Origin: Bispira polyomma
Lineage: Eukaryota
Length of the DNA: 64,000 bases
Reading direction: 5' to 3'
Assembly (NCBI GenBank): GCA_965649765.1
Contig: OZ287754.1
Span: 18,600,001-18,664,000 of the forward strand
Position numbers and translations under genes: made by a program. Shown in pieces: positions 34,608-48,234 of the stretch (within the stretch, counting starts at the first letter, position 1; each line of letters starts with the position of its first letter). The notes beneath the pieces were generated by a model. That model saw only the letters and a list, made by a program, of their open reading frames with translations. It ran no database searches and was not told the DNA's origin.

Positions 34608-36407
34608 GCTTTCCAGTTGGAGTCGTTCAGAAGGTAGACAGGTACTGGAACTACTGGCCAAGTTACCTGCAGAACATAGTATAGTTAAGTATGTTATAAT
34701 AATCCCATGGATCCAACCCCCAATATTTGAAAAATTAGAGATAAAAAGGTTAAATAACCGAGACACCTCCTTTAAAGACCCTGGAAGCTGAGCTTTTATC
34801 TATGGCTGCCTCTTGGACAAGGTCTGTATTGAAGCTTGATTTTCATATCGTCCGGTACTAAATGATGGAAGTTGTCGAGCACTGCACTATGCCAAAGAGA
34901 ACTGTAGTTAGCAATCATGGTTAAGACAATCATTGTCATATCTCTCTGTTCGTACCTGTGTTGTTCTCCTGCACTATGAATGGTAAGGTTATCCTCAAGA
35001 CTTTTCCACTTGTCAGAAAGGCCGATGCAAGATAGTTTCATTAAGGGAATAAGTTTAGTACTCTCTGCTTTGATAATGGCTGGATCGCAGAACATAAATG
35101 TTCTGTTGCTACTTTTGCCAATTCATGCAGCTCTTGTATGTCTAACTACCCACAATGTCTCAATATAGGTCGGAAAATATACTGCATCTTCTCTGGATTC
35201 TTTGTGGACCTATGTACCATCCCTCTAACACATTTCATGCAAAATAGCACAGCAGTTTTTATGACCAATGGAGATGGGTGAGAACATATCCTGTTTGGGG
35301 GATGTAAAAACAAACAAACAGACATGAGTAAAAGCATAACTTGCTTCGCAAAGGTACTTCTAATTAAGAAGTCTGTCTTACTAAACAATTTCACTTCCAT
35401 CTATTTTTGATTTGCGATTAACGTTTTGGGTTTGTTGCGCCTTAGAATTTGTTGTACAAAGATTAAGCGCTATAAAAGTACGACTAGATTAGATTAGATT
35501 AGATATAGTATGTCTTAGTTTGGATTAAAATAGATTTTTACTTTAACCTAATGCCACTTTTTAGTGGAGTTTAAGTTAAATGTACTGCTTAAAACACTAA
35601 TCTAACTGTATTTATGGCTTACTACATTCAAGCACAATAAACCAGGGCCGGTATTCTCGAACGTAAACTCAGCTTAAACTCATACTCAACTCAAATATAG
35701 ACCATGTGCAAACAATTAAAACATAAACTATGTGGCTACCCTTATGCTTTTGAAGACAAAAGGTATTATTGAGAATTATTGAAGAAAATAGTCTTTAATT
35801 AATACAGTTATGTGGTTGAGATATGCCCGAAGTATAAATAAAATTATATTAAATGTATCAATTGTGTTCTTCATGTTAACTGCACTTTTACCTGTGGCCT
35901 GTAGTTGACCTCACCTACCATCATCTTCTCCCTAATTTCATTTTCACATTTGACTTTAGTTTGACCTTGTTCAAATTATCTTCATGCCATGGGCTAACAC
36001 GACTGCCGTAATATCTATTTAAGTGTCAAGGTTTTCTAGAAACATATGTTCTTGTTTTGATTTTAGAGACCATGTATAAATGTCAGTTTTAGCTAAGCTA
36101 TAGTTTACACAAAGATATTGAGGTGCAGTGGTATTATTATGCAAGCAGTTGTAATAATGTGCCATTAGTTTAAAACTCAGGTTTGTTAAATAACATTTGT
36201 GAAATAAGTATTCTTAATATTCATGTGCACAGTATGTGAGAAATAAAAGATTGCATCAGCTTCACAATTAAAAAGTGACTTCATCAGCTGTTGTTAGATT
36301 TCAGAAGAAAGGTGATGCATTTAAAAGACTTAAAAAGCCAAAAATAGTTGTCTTTTGTTTACATTACAAGTGGCTCTCTCAGACTGGAATCTAAAACTAT
36401 TAACAAA

Positions 36408-37948
36408 ATGATGAAACTTGTGCTGTTGCTTCTTGAATTTTTGTGGTCACAACAAGGTAAATGATCAAAACTATAAAAGCTGCAAACTAAAATAGAGAGT
36501 GTCTCTAGGATATGTGTTTGGCCTCATAACTAAAGAGAAAAACTTTTTTGTTTGTTAACTCCGCCAAATATATGAGATTTCATAACCATCAGAATAATTT
36601 TGCATGAACTTGAAAGTACAATATCTTGTGATTTTTTTTTTGTTTTTGTCCCCCAATATGATGTTAATTTACCATTTTTACAAAGTTACAGGACCCTGGG
36701 AGGGTGAGGGTAGCAACCGTCCATCAGGGTTTTAACAATAAACATCATATGCAGTTTGATCAATTTGAGAAAAAAATAAGTTGGACATACTTTTAATAAT
36801 TACAACCAATTAGAATAACCATTGTACACTACTCTCTCCCATCTGCATAACAAAAAAAAAAAAAAAAAACCCCAAAAAAAAACAAACTACACTGTTTTTC
36901 TTTAATTAAAAGGTATGCACATATGTAACAGTTAGCACATTTAAAATTGTTCACATTTTTTTTAAATACTGCTCGAGACAATGTGATCTATAATGCTCTA
37001 AATCAAAACCTAACATATAAACATACTTATTCTAATTAAAAAGTGGCTTTAAGTTTTCCTAAATTGAATTAAAATGCTTTGAATTAAATTGTCCCTTATT
37101 TACAAGTTCTTTTTCGTTAAAAATAGTGGTTAGTCTATTTTTAAACTCAATCAGATTTGGGAATTTTTGAAAATAGGCCGATATAAATATATAATATTTC
37201 AAAGTTATCAAAATTGTGTTAAATGGAATAAAAATTTTGATCAAGATTGAAATAACCTAATATCATTGTATACACATTTGTTGGTGAACTTATGTTAATC
37301 TTTTTACAAATCCATTTTGTCACCTCAGTGATAATATTTTGTGAGTGTTCCCAATAGTAAAACAAATGTATTAGAGACTCTTTATGAAGGCGTACATTTA
37401 TTTAATATTCGATTAATATCATGAACATTTTTTTGGATTTTAAAATGATACATAAGGGTTGTAGTAAAACTAGAGTTTTAAAGGAAAAGTCATCGTCCAT
37501 TTTATACTTTTTGGTATATAACTGAAGTAAACCTCAGATATTGCAGTAGTCTAGATAGTTTAAGCTTTGAATGTTAAATCTTCATCGTCCATTTTATACT
37601 TTTTGGTATATAACTGAAGTAAACCTCAGATATTGCAGTAGTCTAGATAGTTTAAGCTTTGAATGTTAAATCTTCTTGGCTTTGTCCATCTTCATTGAGT
37701 AAATCTGATACAAATCGTACTCCCGCTAAGTCCCAATTTAATAGATATGAAGTGTTTTGAGATCATTTTTAATTATACCAACTTGGTGTTGATAATAAGT
37801 CTAAATCGCCTTTAATCACTATATTATTCAACAACTCATGTAACTGCTCTTTTCCACAGTAGCTAATAAACCAGAAAACCAAGCACTCAATGTCTAATAT
37901 ATGTTAAGTCTGGTTTGTGAAAGTCTAGATTAAATTTAATGTTTCAAT

Positions 37949-38001
<53 letters not shown>

Positions 38002-41000
38002 TAGACATTGAGTGCTTAGTTTTCTGGTTTATTAACTACTGTGGAAAAGAGCAGTTACATAAAATTTGAACAAAAATTTTGGAATTAGTTTGCATTATAT
38101 GATAATTTCTATCATGTTTTAGGTAACTAAAACAGCTTTACTTCAGGAGCACAGTAACACAAGCTATTTGTTTGGCTGTTTTTAAAATTTATTGAGTCAC
38201 TTCTGTGCCTGTGCCACACTTATATCACAAGACTAATGGCAAAGGGAAGCAAACACTCACAACTTTATCAAAATCCCAGAGGAGAGATTAGATAGAAAGA
38301 ATATAATATTGATGGCTGAATTTCACAAAAGTTCAACCCTGACTGGAGCTGTATTTGCTAAAAAGCTAAAAATAAAATTATTTTCAATCTGATGTTCCCA
38401 TACCTCCAGAATTTAGAATTTAGTTGTGTGTTACGTTGCTTTCACCAGTTTAGGTCATAGATTTGATGGTGGAAGAAACCAGTGCTAAAGTACTGTAAAC
38501 CAACAACCTACGGCCACAACCCGACACACATTTACACATGAACGAACACAGAGGATTCAAACCCATATTGGTGAGTAGCTAGTGGGTGTGAAGAAGGCAC
38601 TTCTATAACTACTTGGCCACTGTGGCCAATATGTCCGAAGTGAGAAGTCTTTAACCTTATTGTACAGGCATTAGATGATCAAAGATGTTTGTAAATATGC
38701 ATATTCGGTCCATTATTTACATCTTTAGGTTCAAGTTCTGAAAAGTGTATATCAGTAAATTATGTTGACTGGTACAATTGGGTGAAGCAGCCCCTGACCA
38801 ACAGACTTGTTACAGATCCTTGTATATAATGGCCTATATTAGTACACAATAAAATGCAGCTTAGCTTTTATATCATCAAATGAGCATGAGTGTTGTAATG
38901 TGCTCCAGATATTCAAAGTAAGTCGGATTCGTTATAATTAAATTAAAAAAAAAAAAAACAACAACAAAAGAAATCACACCCCAAATCAACACAGCAGAGC
39001 CTGATACATGTATTTTAAATATATATGTATTATTGATTAACATTTGTTGAAGCACCCTTTCTAAATACACATTGCTTAGCATTTTAAGTAATCAGAACAT
39101 TTAAGGTCAGTAAAATAGAGAGATAGATGTGACCCAGTATATGCTTTCATATGCATATATGCATTCATATAATACATGTAAACTGGTCAAGAATATGCAT
39201 TCATATATATAAGTGTGAATTAAGAGAGAATAAATGTAAAAGTAAGCACTGAAATAAAGAATGAATTTTAAATTGAATGATACTGAAAAATGCAGTATAA
39301 AATTAAAGAGAATCATCTTTAAAATCTTTTAGAAACAATGTCAGCCAGTTTAAGAAGTAGAAAAAAAGCTCAACTAAACTATATCATTATACCAGCTGCA
39401 GTAGTAAAACTATATGATAACTATCATATATGTTTAATGGTCAATGTTTCCAGCAGTGTATGTTATTGTTTTGATAATTGAGACCATGTAGGAATGTCAG
39501 TTTTAGCTATAGTTTACACAAAGATAAAGAGGGTACAATGGTATTATTATACAGACAGTTATAATAATGAACTATTAGTTTAAACATTAGGTTATAAAAC
39601 AACAATGTTAAATAAGTATTTATAAAATATACACGTGTACTGTATTTAAGCAACAAAAGGTTACAAAGTCATCATAATACCAAGTAACTATATTAGCTGC
39701 TGTTGAGTTTCAAAAGAAAAGTGACACATTTAAAATCCTTTAAAAGTCAATAGTTGCATCTTTTTTTTTTACATTTCGAAAGCTCATTCATAAACATGTC
39801 ATAGTAAATGAATTGATGCTTTTATTTTATCTAGTTTAACACTGAGATTTTCATAAGGCAAAGGCAATTAATCATGAACCTGCCAAAGACAAAACACAGA
39901 CAAGACAAATCTTCAATGCAGAAAGACTTATAACTTTCAATGAAAGTTCTAGAACTGGATTAAACGGCCACATATTCCAATTATTGATTTTTAAAGAAAC
40001 ATTTTGTGAAGTATGTACACAGTTGAAATCATTCTTTAGGTGTATATAAACACAACTGCAAGTGAGTCTCCCATCCTGGAACCTATAACTAAGAGAATGA
40101 TGAAACTTGTGCTGCTGCTTTTTTGATTTGTGTGGTCACAACAAGGTAAATTGTGAAAACTAGAAGCTGCAAAATAATGGAAGGGTGTCTTTAATGCTTG
40201 TGTTTGGCCTCATAAATATTGACAAAAACTATTTGTTAATTAGTTATATGGGCAAAAATAGTAAATTTCATAGCCTTCACCACAGTTGAGAAAAATTATT
40301 TCGATTATTGAGAGGTTATTTTATTAAACTAACAATAGAAAACAAACTTTCTTTATTTTATGCTTTAGAGACATTCCTCATTTTTTTTGTTTAATATGAA
40401 CACAACCTTGTTTTGTACCCACACAAAACTTTTACAGATCAGATTATATATATGTGTTTGAATTATTGAACAAATATAGTATTGGTGTGCCCTAACAAAT
40501 AATGGACTTCAGCCTTTCAAAATGATCAGAAAACTAAAATCTGTAACTTTGACCACATGTTGAACTTTAAAATATAACATTTTTTTTGTTATTGAAAGGT
40601 TATTTTAAAAACTAATGAAACATATATACTGTGTTTGTTGAGACCAAAACAGGCCTAAGAGACATCCCACTTCCTAATGAGCTATGGACCATTGATCCTT
40701 TGTCAAATTAGAAAAATTTGAGAAACTATTATGGAATAAAAAATCCATGAATTAAAAAAAATAAGGAACCATATATCATCTGCTTTCCTTTCGTACTCAA
40801 ATTAAGGGAAATAGATTGTCTATTTCCAATATAAGATAAAGCAAAAAATTAGGATCTTGTGCGTATTTCATGGTGTCATTCATTGGTAAAAATAGTGTAC
40901 CCATATAAACCAGCCAGCACTGATGTCTCTGTTTTCAAAGTAAACTAAATCCACATCTCTTTGAACTGGCTTTTAATAACCATGCAATTTTGTTTTGTTG

Positions 41001-43538
41001 TTAATGTTTTTACTGTTTAGAAGATGCTTGGAATCGATTGGCATTTTAAAAATCCATATGTTACTGTAATATAAACAACGTTTAGAATTTGGGTCTAACA
41101 TAGCTTTCAACACATGCATATATTCTGTACTGCAAATCACTGGTCTTCAGCAATTCTACTGTCACCACAGATTTCTTATGTATGCCTGGGTTGATATTTG
41201 AACCTAAGACTACAGAGATGGGAAGTAATAGTATTACCGTTAAACTGGTTAAGAGGACCAAAAGCTCCATTGTGTCATCGATTTGACATGGTTCAGTTGT
41301 CTGAAAGAATGCCAATGCTCAATATCAATGTTTTCTACAAGCATATGTTATTGTTTAGATCTTAGACACCATGTAGAAATATCAGCGTTAAGCTATAGTT
41401 TAAAAAAAGATAAATAAGTGCAGTGATATTTTGATGTGGTTTTGTAATATCGAACCATTAGTTTAAAACTTTAGCACAAGTTTGTTTTTGTTAAACAACA
41501 TTTGTCAAAAAAGATTTCCTAATACACGTATAGTATTTAAAAGATAAAGATTGCAAAGTCATCATAATCAATAAGTGACCACATCAGCTGATTTATAGTG
41601 TCAGTAGAAAAGTGACACATTTGAAAAGCTTTTAAAGTCAATGGTTGTGTATTTTGTTTACATTTCAAAAGCTCAACCATATTCAGGTCATTGCATAATA
41701 ATTGACTTATATTCAATCTAGTTTAACCCTGAAATCTTCATAATGCAAAGGTAATTGATGACAAACCTGCCTAACACAAAACACAGTCAAAACAGGTTCA
41801 ATGTAGAAAGACTTTTTTTACTTTTGTTATAAAACAGCCACATATTCTTGCATTCATATTTTCTGAGGAAACATTTCAGTAAATAATAAAATTATTGTTT
41901 AAGTGTATATGAGCAAAGCAACTGCAACTGTTTCTCTCAGACTAAAATCTAAAACTACCTTCAAAATGATGAAACTTGTGATGTTGCTTCTGCTTGATTT
42001 TTGGAAATTATCCAAATTAGAATCAACAAAGGGCTATCTCTGAGGCACTACCTAATGAAAAACAGATTTTTATGCTCACTCTTAATACTACAATTGCTCA
42101 GCTTTACTTTTGATTAAAACTGATAACATTAGTTGTATATATTTGTCAAAAGCCATCAGATGGCAAATATATGGATTATTTATCGCCTGTAGTCCCTCTG
42201 TAATTGTGTTAGTTTTCTGTTTACATGATATCACAAATACTTCTCGATGTACAGATCTCAGTGATGACATAGATGTGATCCCAAATGAAAACAAAATCCT
42301 CAGCTTGTAATAAAATTCTATACAACATCTAACTTTACCAAATTTACAGAACAATTTAGCTTGTGTAAGCATTTATTAAATATTGAGCAATCACTGGGCT
42401 CATTATACAAACGTACAGTTCTAACAACAGAAAACAAACCCAGAAATGACAAAATACACCACACAAGTCTGTATTACAAATCGTCAAGGTTGATTTTACA
42501 TATATATATTTGAACCTCTATTATCCAAACTTCGGTTAGTATGTGATTTTATGAACCATTTTTGCTTTCCAAAACAGTTTTTATTGTTTTATATTAAAAT
42601 GCCTCTTCTCTTTTTTAACCTTTTCCATTATTGGACGGGAATCTTGAAACACCCCATAGGTCTTGCATAATATAGGTTCTATTGTGTATATTGTTTTTAT
42701 GTGTGATCCAGTTTTGTGAAGTTGCTTCAATTCAATGTTGAAAGCTCTATTGTCACAAGCACAGGTTATTTCCATGTACAAATATATCCACACAGTTATA
42801 CATAAGTATAGCTATCATCTAAAACATCAACTTGGTCATGGACTGTTGTGTTATAGCACTGGCTGGCCAACATATACATGCGTGTGTGATTCATATTGAT
42901 ACTAGTAACTTGATTGTATTCACTTATTTACAGATGTGGGTAGTTTAAAGGACAATTTGGTGTGTTTTAGCACTGGATTACCATTATATACACAACTGAG
43001 TGTGTGATTCACATGACATTTTCTTGCATTGACTTGATTGTATTCACTTATTGATAAGTTCATGATACTGTTTTGTATGCTTAAGCATTGGCTGGCCCAA
43101 CCACTGAGTGTGTGAATACTCTGTGTATCGTAGCCCCATGTGACCTTCCTCAGAATGACCTGCCCTGTAAACAGTTCTATCCTGGTGCAGTGTGCGAGTA
43201 AGTGGGTAAATTTCAACTTCCAGAAATCTATTTGTTTACAAGCTATTCCTATTTGTGTTCAAATAATCAGTTATCATCAGTACATTTATTTACCTTTGTA
43301 TGCTATGAAAAATCAACACCTAACTCTGTCATTTGCATAACTAAAGACAGATGCTTGACATTTTAATAAAAATGTTGTAAATAGAAGGTCATGGCAAACA
43401 AGTTTAACAGTCAATGTTTAGAATACGATAAACTATTATCATGCAAACAAATGCTTAAACAAAACATTCTTTATTCGATATTGTACAAATTTTTGTTAGA
43501 TTTTCTGTGTTTAAAGCTAATGTTTTGATATTGATATA

Positions 43539-43594
<56 letters not shown>

Positions 43595-46500
43595 ATTTTT
43601 AATAAAAAATTACTTGTTTTACAGAAATACTTACTGCAACGGATGTCATGCCATCTGGAAGACTCCAAAAGGAAAAGTCATCAATTGTGATCCTTGTGGT
43701 TTGTAATTTAAAACCTCATTCTGTGGTCATTGTCATTATCTTTCATGGTCTGGTGATTAGACTTGTTCTGGTTATCACAAAGTCCCTGGTGTATACAGAA
43801 GTGGGGAGTTGTTTTGTAATCAGAAACTCTTTACTTCGACTACAGGTTGGAGGAGTTGATTTGGTGATCAAAAAGTCACCGGTTTAACTCCTTCTAATGC
43901 CACTAGATTAATTAGTGGGATAACATGTTTGGGCTAGTGGTTGTTGCTAACTGATGACAACCAAGGCTATATGTAATAGGGCTATCCCTGTTACTGGATG
44001 AGCACCTTAGAGGGTGATATATCACGAAAATGCTATTTATAAAAGCTTTAAAATTAGGAGTAATAGTAATAAGTTATTTCAATGAAAATAATTGAGAAAA
44101 CGTTGTGGCTATTGAATGTTATCAGTAAGTAATCTGTTACTGTATCAATATTGAAACAAGCAATATATCTACCAATGAAAACCTTTCAAATCTTTTGAGC
44201 TTCTCCTGATGAAGTCTGGGCAAAATATTCAGTCATATTTTACAAAATAGAATTTATTTTCAACAAAAAAACAAAGTACTATGACCACTGATACTAAGGT
44301 TTTTATTATTATTTTAGTGTTACCACTTTTGACAAAACAAAAATATCACAAGTGATGGGCAGCCAATCCCCACTGTATACAAATGTCTTTTTACCATATG
44401 TACCTTAACACTTTTGATGCCTTGGTGTTGCAATACAAACTTTTCTTTTGCATTCCCTAGCTTTCCCAAAATGTAAACAAGAGGAAATGGTTCTGTGCAT
44501 AGCAGATCCATGTCTATTGCAAGAAAAACCAAAATGTGGGAGGAAAAGTAAGAAAGCCACGTGTATGTAAGTATATTCTACCAAATATAGAAGTGCATAT
44601 ATACTCACTGTTCACATAAGGTTTAAAATAAAAGATATATCTCAGTATTTCATCATGAACTAAAAATACAAAATATTCACCATTGTTGAAAAATGGCAAA
44701 AGCATATTGTCTAAGTCGAAATTTTAACATGGTATTAATTTTAGCTGTTTTAGCCTATGACATGGACAATGGAAATTTATTCCAAGCAAAAATTTCAATT
44801 TTCGTCATGAAAAAAACCCAACTAAAAACAGGCAACAGTTTGTAAAAAAAAGTTGATCAGTAAATTTAGTTCAGCTAAAATTCTCACAGGTTCTCATGGT
44901 TCTTTTATAAGTATTTAACTGTATGAAGTATTGAATTGTATTTTGTTAAATTATAACATTCTTGTAGGACTATGCCTTATGGATGATCAGCACATCGCAC
45001 AAAAAAAAAAAAATACGGCAAAACATATCCATGGTTTCAACATTAAATTGAAGCAACTTCACAAAACTGGATCACACATAAAATAATGATATTGGTTATA
45101 TTAATTTTGTTTGTTTGTATATTTTAGTTCTAATTTCTGTGGAGGTTGCAATGCTGTATGGGTAGACCAGAAAGAACGTCAACTCCCACAGAGATGTAGT
45201 GAGTATACTTCTTGAGGGTTTATATGATTAAATACGGCTAGCCCATAATCTGACATTACCAGTGTATGTGTGATGCTTTGAATTTGTAATGTCAGATCTA
45301 AACCATGACGATAGATTTTACCACGATTGGAGGAGTAAAACATTGTATTGTATTCAACTGTGGTTAACCTATTTTTATCTGCCAACTGGCCCCAATAACT
45401 GCTATTCCCTTAATCGTTAGTATGCCACTGGGGATAGGACCCAATCACAGAGGACCGCGTTCCTTTAAAGTATATATCTGCCTGTACTTGGCCAATCCCA
45501 AACTGAGACAAACCCATGGCCTATCTGTTCATTCTTAAGTGACTGTGTCACCTGTTAAGACATTCTTTTTATCAATTACGGCAAAACATATCCATGGTTT
45601 TGTCATAGAATATAGAGGCCGCAGTGGCCTAGTGGTTAGCAAGCATTGCACTTTACAATCAGTTGTCTCTCACCACTGGAGATTGACTGGCATGGATTTG
45701 CCTATTTGGAAAAGGTGGTAGCTCCTTACTGTTGGCTGTTGGTTTCAGTGTAGAACATTGATCAACTGTATGCAGTGTTTCCTGCAACACTTCCAACTAT
45801 CCATCCCAATATTACCTTAACAGGTATTAGAGTGGACATCAAATATCCCAATTAAAATAAACAAAAAATAGTCAAAGAATATTTCTTCAGTATATGTTCT
45901 CATAACAATGTCACAACCTTTGGTGATGGTTCATTGTAAACAATATCTAGACTTAAAAACCTGTAATTATCACATTGTATCCTGTAATTATTCTTGTCTC
46001 CGTAGGACTTCAAGTATTTTGGTTATACTAAATAACCAGTATGAATTTGCTAATACTCAGAAGATGTAACCACACTTTTTCCTTTTGATTGAAAAAAATG
46101 CATGAAAGCATGTTATAACCAAGTTTATTGTCAAGTATGAGTGTATCCCTCAATTCAACACTTACTGGCCACGACATACTGCTGGGAAATCCTGCTAACT
46201 TGTTGGTCCTTTACCTTGGCAACAGAATGGAACAGCTGTGATTCCATGTCACACACCATGTCTCTATAATATAGAACCATGGTAAACTCTTGGTTTTCCT
46301 TAGCAAATGTCATTCATCTTGGCATTGCTTTGCTGTTGCTTGATCCTCGAAACCCCTCAAACCAATTGACCAACGAATGAATCATGCAAAGTGCACACCC
46401 TATTTACAATATGTTTCCAAGGGCATAACTCAAACAATATGGATGAAACTAATAATAAAACAGTTTGATTTAAAACTTAAGAGTGTAATTTTTGAATTCT

Positions 46501-46710
46501 ATATGACTTTTGTACACATATATTTGTCTGTTTCCAGACTGTATTGACTGTTTTGGCAAGTGGACAGTTAAAGTTAAGAATGAGATATGCAATGATTGCA
46601 CTTGTGCTGACCTCCGTGGGCAAGGCAAAACATTTGTGAAGAAAGCCTGTACAAAGTACAAGAATATCAAAAAGATGTGCTGTAATACTTGTGTGTGGGA
46701 AAAATCCTAG
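36408..46710 (+). CDS. Secreted Cys-rich protein, copy 3 (exons 2-6 intact; exon 1 uncertain)
   Basis: Exons 43086-43197, 43625-43698, 44461-44566, 45128-45198, 46538-46710 are in frame; the only intact exon 1 is 36408-36456 (MMKLVLLLLEFLWSQQ). Confidence 0.75.
36630..37900 (-). mobile_element. Decayed L1/Tx1 3' fragment
   Basis: ESLIHLFYY zf-RVT remnant, KYYIF..FKNRL tail; T-rich end. Confidence 0.6.
37490..37673 (+). repeat. Perfect 92-bp tandem duplication
   Basis: 37490-37581 equals 37582-37673. Confidence 0.92.
37838..38060. repeat. ~65-bp inverted repeat flanking a (TA)n tract
   Basis: atgtaactgctcttttccacagtag..aatgtctaatat and its reverse complement at 37996-38060. Confidence 0.9.
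40044..40050 (+). promoter_or_regulatory. TATA box of the Cys-rich gene promoter module
   Basis: gtgtatataaac ~50 bp upstream of the exon-1 ATG; tatatga at the equivalent site in the other modules. Confidence 0.5.
40097..40145 (+). pseudogene. Extra exon-1 copy with premature TGA
   Basis: MMKLVLLLF*FVWSQQ with intact gtaaat donor. Confidence 0.75.
41966..42005 (+). pseudogene. Extra exon-1 copy lacking its splice donor
   Basis: MMKLVMLLLLDF, followed by a deletion through the donor. Confidence 0.7.
43522..43588. repeat. (TA)n microsatellite
   Basis: Direct reading. Confidence 0.95.
45616..45865 (+). mobile_element. Older copy of the tRNA-headed SINE family
   Basis: gaggccgcagtggcctagtggttagcaagcattgc..gtattagagtggacatcaaat, homologous to the 34351 and 62373 copies. 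Confidence 0.85.
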
Positions 46711-46829
46711 ATTCTACAATACACCTAGAATCCAGGACAAAAATAACGTGTAAAAAATTCCTGCAACTGCAATTTAAATTTTATTTTTTTTCAAAAAAAA
46801 AATAGCATGCGTTAAAGATGCAAATGATA

Positions 46830-46972
46830 CATTACTGTTTTTTTAGCAAGTCGACTGTAAAAATTCAGAAATACATACTAAAGGATTGCACTGGTACTGA
46901 CCTCTGTGAAAAAGGCAAAACGTTTTTAAAGACATTTTTGAAATCTGCAAAAGGCACAACGACATCAGAAAG
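46830..46972 (+). pseudogene. Degenerate partial duplicate of exon 6
   Basis: SKSTVKIQKYILKDCTGTDLCEKGKTF resembles SKWTVKIKKDICKDCTCGDLRDKGKKF. Confidence 0.75.
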
Positions 46973-47916
46973 TCCTGAACAAAAACCAGTATTAACTTTA
47001 TATTTATTTTAATTTTACTGATAGAACAGTATTAGAGCAGATAGAACAGTCAGTCTTCTAATACTCAACGTACCAGTATCAACATCTAGACAATTATTTG
47101 TATTCGATGAAGTTTATATAGTTTCCTACTGTTTTATACTAAAGTACCTCTTCTATTTATAAACATTATATTATCCGAACAGATTATCACTTTCCAAAGG
47201 TTTTGGATAAAATAAGCTTTGATCCTTGAATATAATTTACGTACATAAAAGACAAGTGTATCTTTCCCTACACTTCTGAGTGGCCGATCCCGTTTTGTAG
47301 AGGTATTATATCACAGATTGGTTGATCCATGCCTAAATGTATCTTTCATAAACAATAGGTAAGTCCTAATGTAACAATTAACTTTTAAAAATAAAAATAT
47401 CGGTTACTAATTAAAGGCTTACATTTGCTCCAAGACCCCCCAAAATATAAAGCTTTTGCTGACATCAGCCAACATCTGATATCATCCGTTCACATCTGAC
47501 ACATGAAAATGCTTACACTGTATTTGGATAACCAGATATGTAAGGCAATTTGGCCACCATTTAACTTTTTGCCGGGGTTAAAACTTTTTAAAAACAAATG
47601 TAGAACTTTAAAACATAGTTTTAAACAAGTTTCCATGCTTGAATCTTGGTAGTTTTGTGCTATTTAATATAATTTATATATTTAATTAGTAGAACTAGTG
47701 CTAAAACCCCTTCTTGCCATTCTCGGTATCAACTCACTGGTCATGTGACCTTTCATTGAGTAAATATATTTGCCCCAAGAGAAACAACAGGCGGTATTAA
47801 ATTCCAGGGGTGAACAACTGTCACAGCCACAAGACGAGGAGACAGCAGCCGTGAAACAACAGCCGTGATAACTACAGCCGCCAGACATCAAGCAGAAGTT
47901 TCTAAGCCCTGAATAC

Positions 47917-48142
47917 ATAGCTGCCGGGTCTTGTGGTATTTATGATTGAATATTAATAGCCGTCGGCTCTTGTGGTATTCAGAGTATTTAGAATTGAATG
48001 CTAATAGCCGCCAGATCCTGTGGTATTTGGAATTATGTGTTAATATCCACCGGCTCATGCGGTATTTGGAATTGGGTGTTAATAGCCGCCAGCTCCTGTG
48101 GTATTTAGAATTAAATGTTAAAAGCTGCAGGCTCCTGTATTT
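47917..48142 (+). repeat. 39-bp minisatellite (~6 units), possibly inside a solo LTR
   Basis: Unit approximately taatagccgccagctcctgtggtatttggaattgaatgt. Confidence 0.85.
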
Positions 48143-48234
48143 TACGTACCTGCTTTGTTACCTTGGCCCTTTGTCTATACTATAAATACTAACTGGTTAA
48201 TAAAAGGATTTAACCCCTACATAAAAAAATCCTT

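Noticed and set aside
40097-40145. TGA as selenocysteine in exon 1
   Set aside because: Aligns to GGA/GAA in a signal peptide; no SECIS evident; a simple nonsense change.
42088-42372. 94-aa ORF and its 66-aa antisense partner
   Set aside because: No identifiable motif; neither strand can be supported.
47917-48142. CRISPR-like array
   Set aside because: Head-to-tail minisatellite without unique spacers; eukaryotic context; no cas genes.
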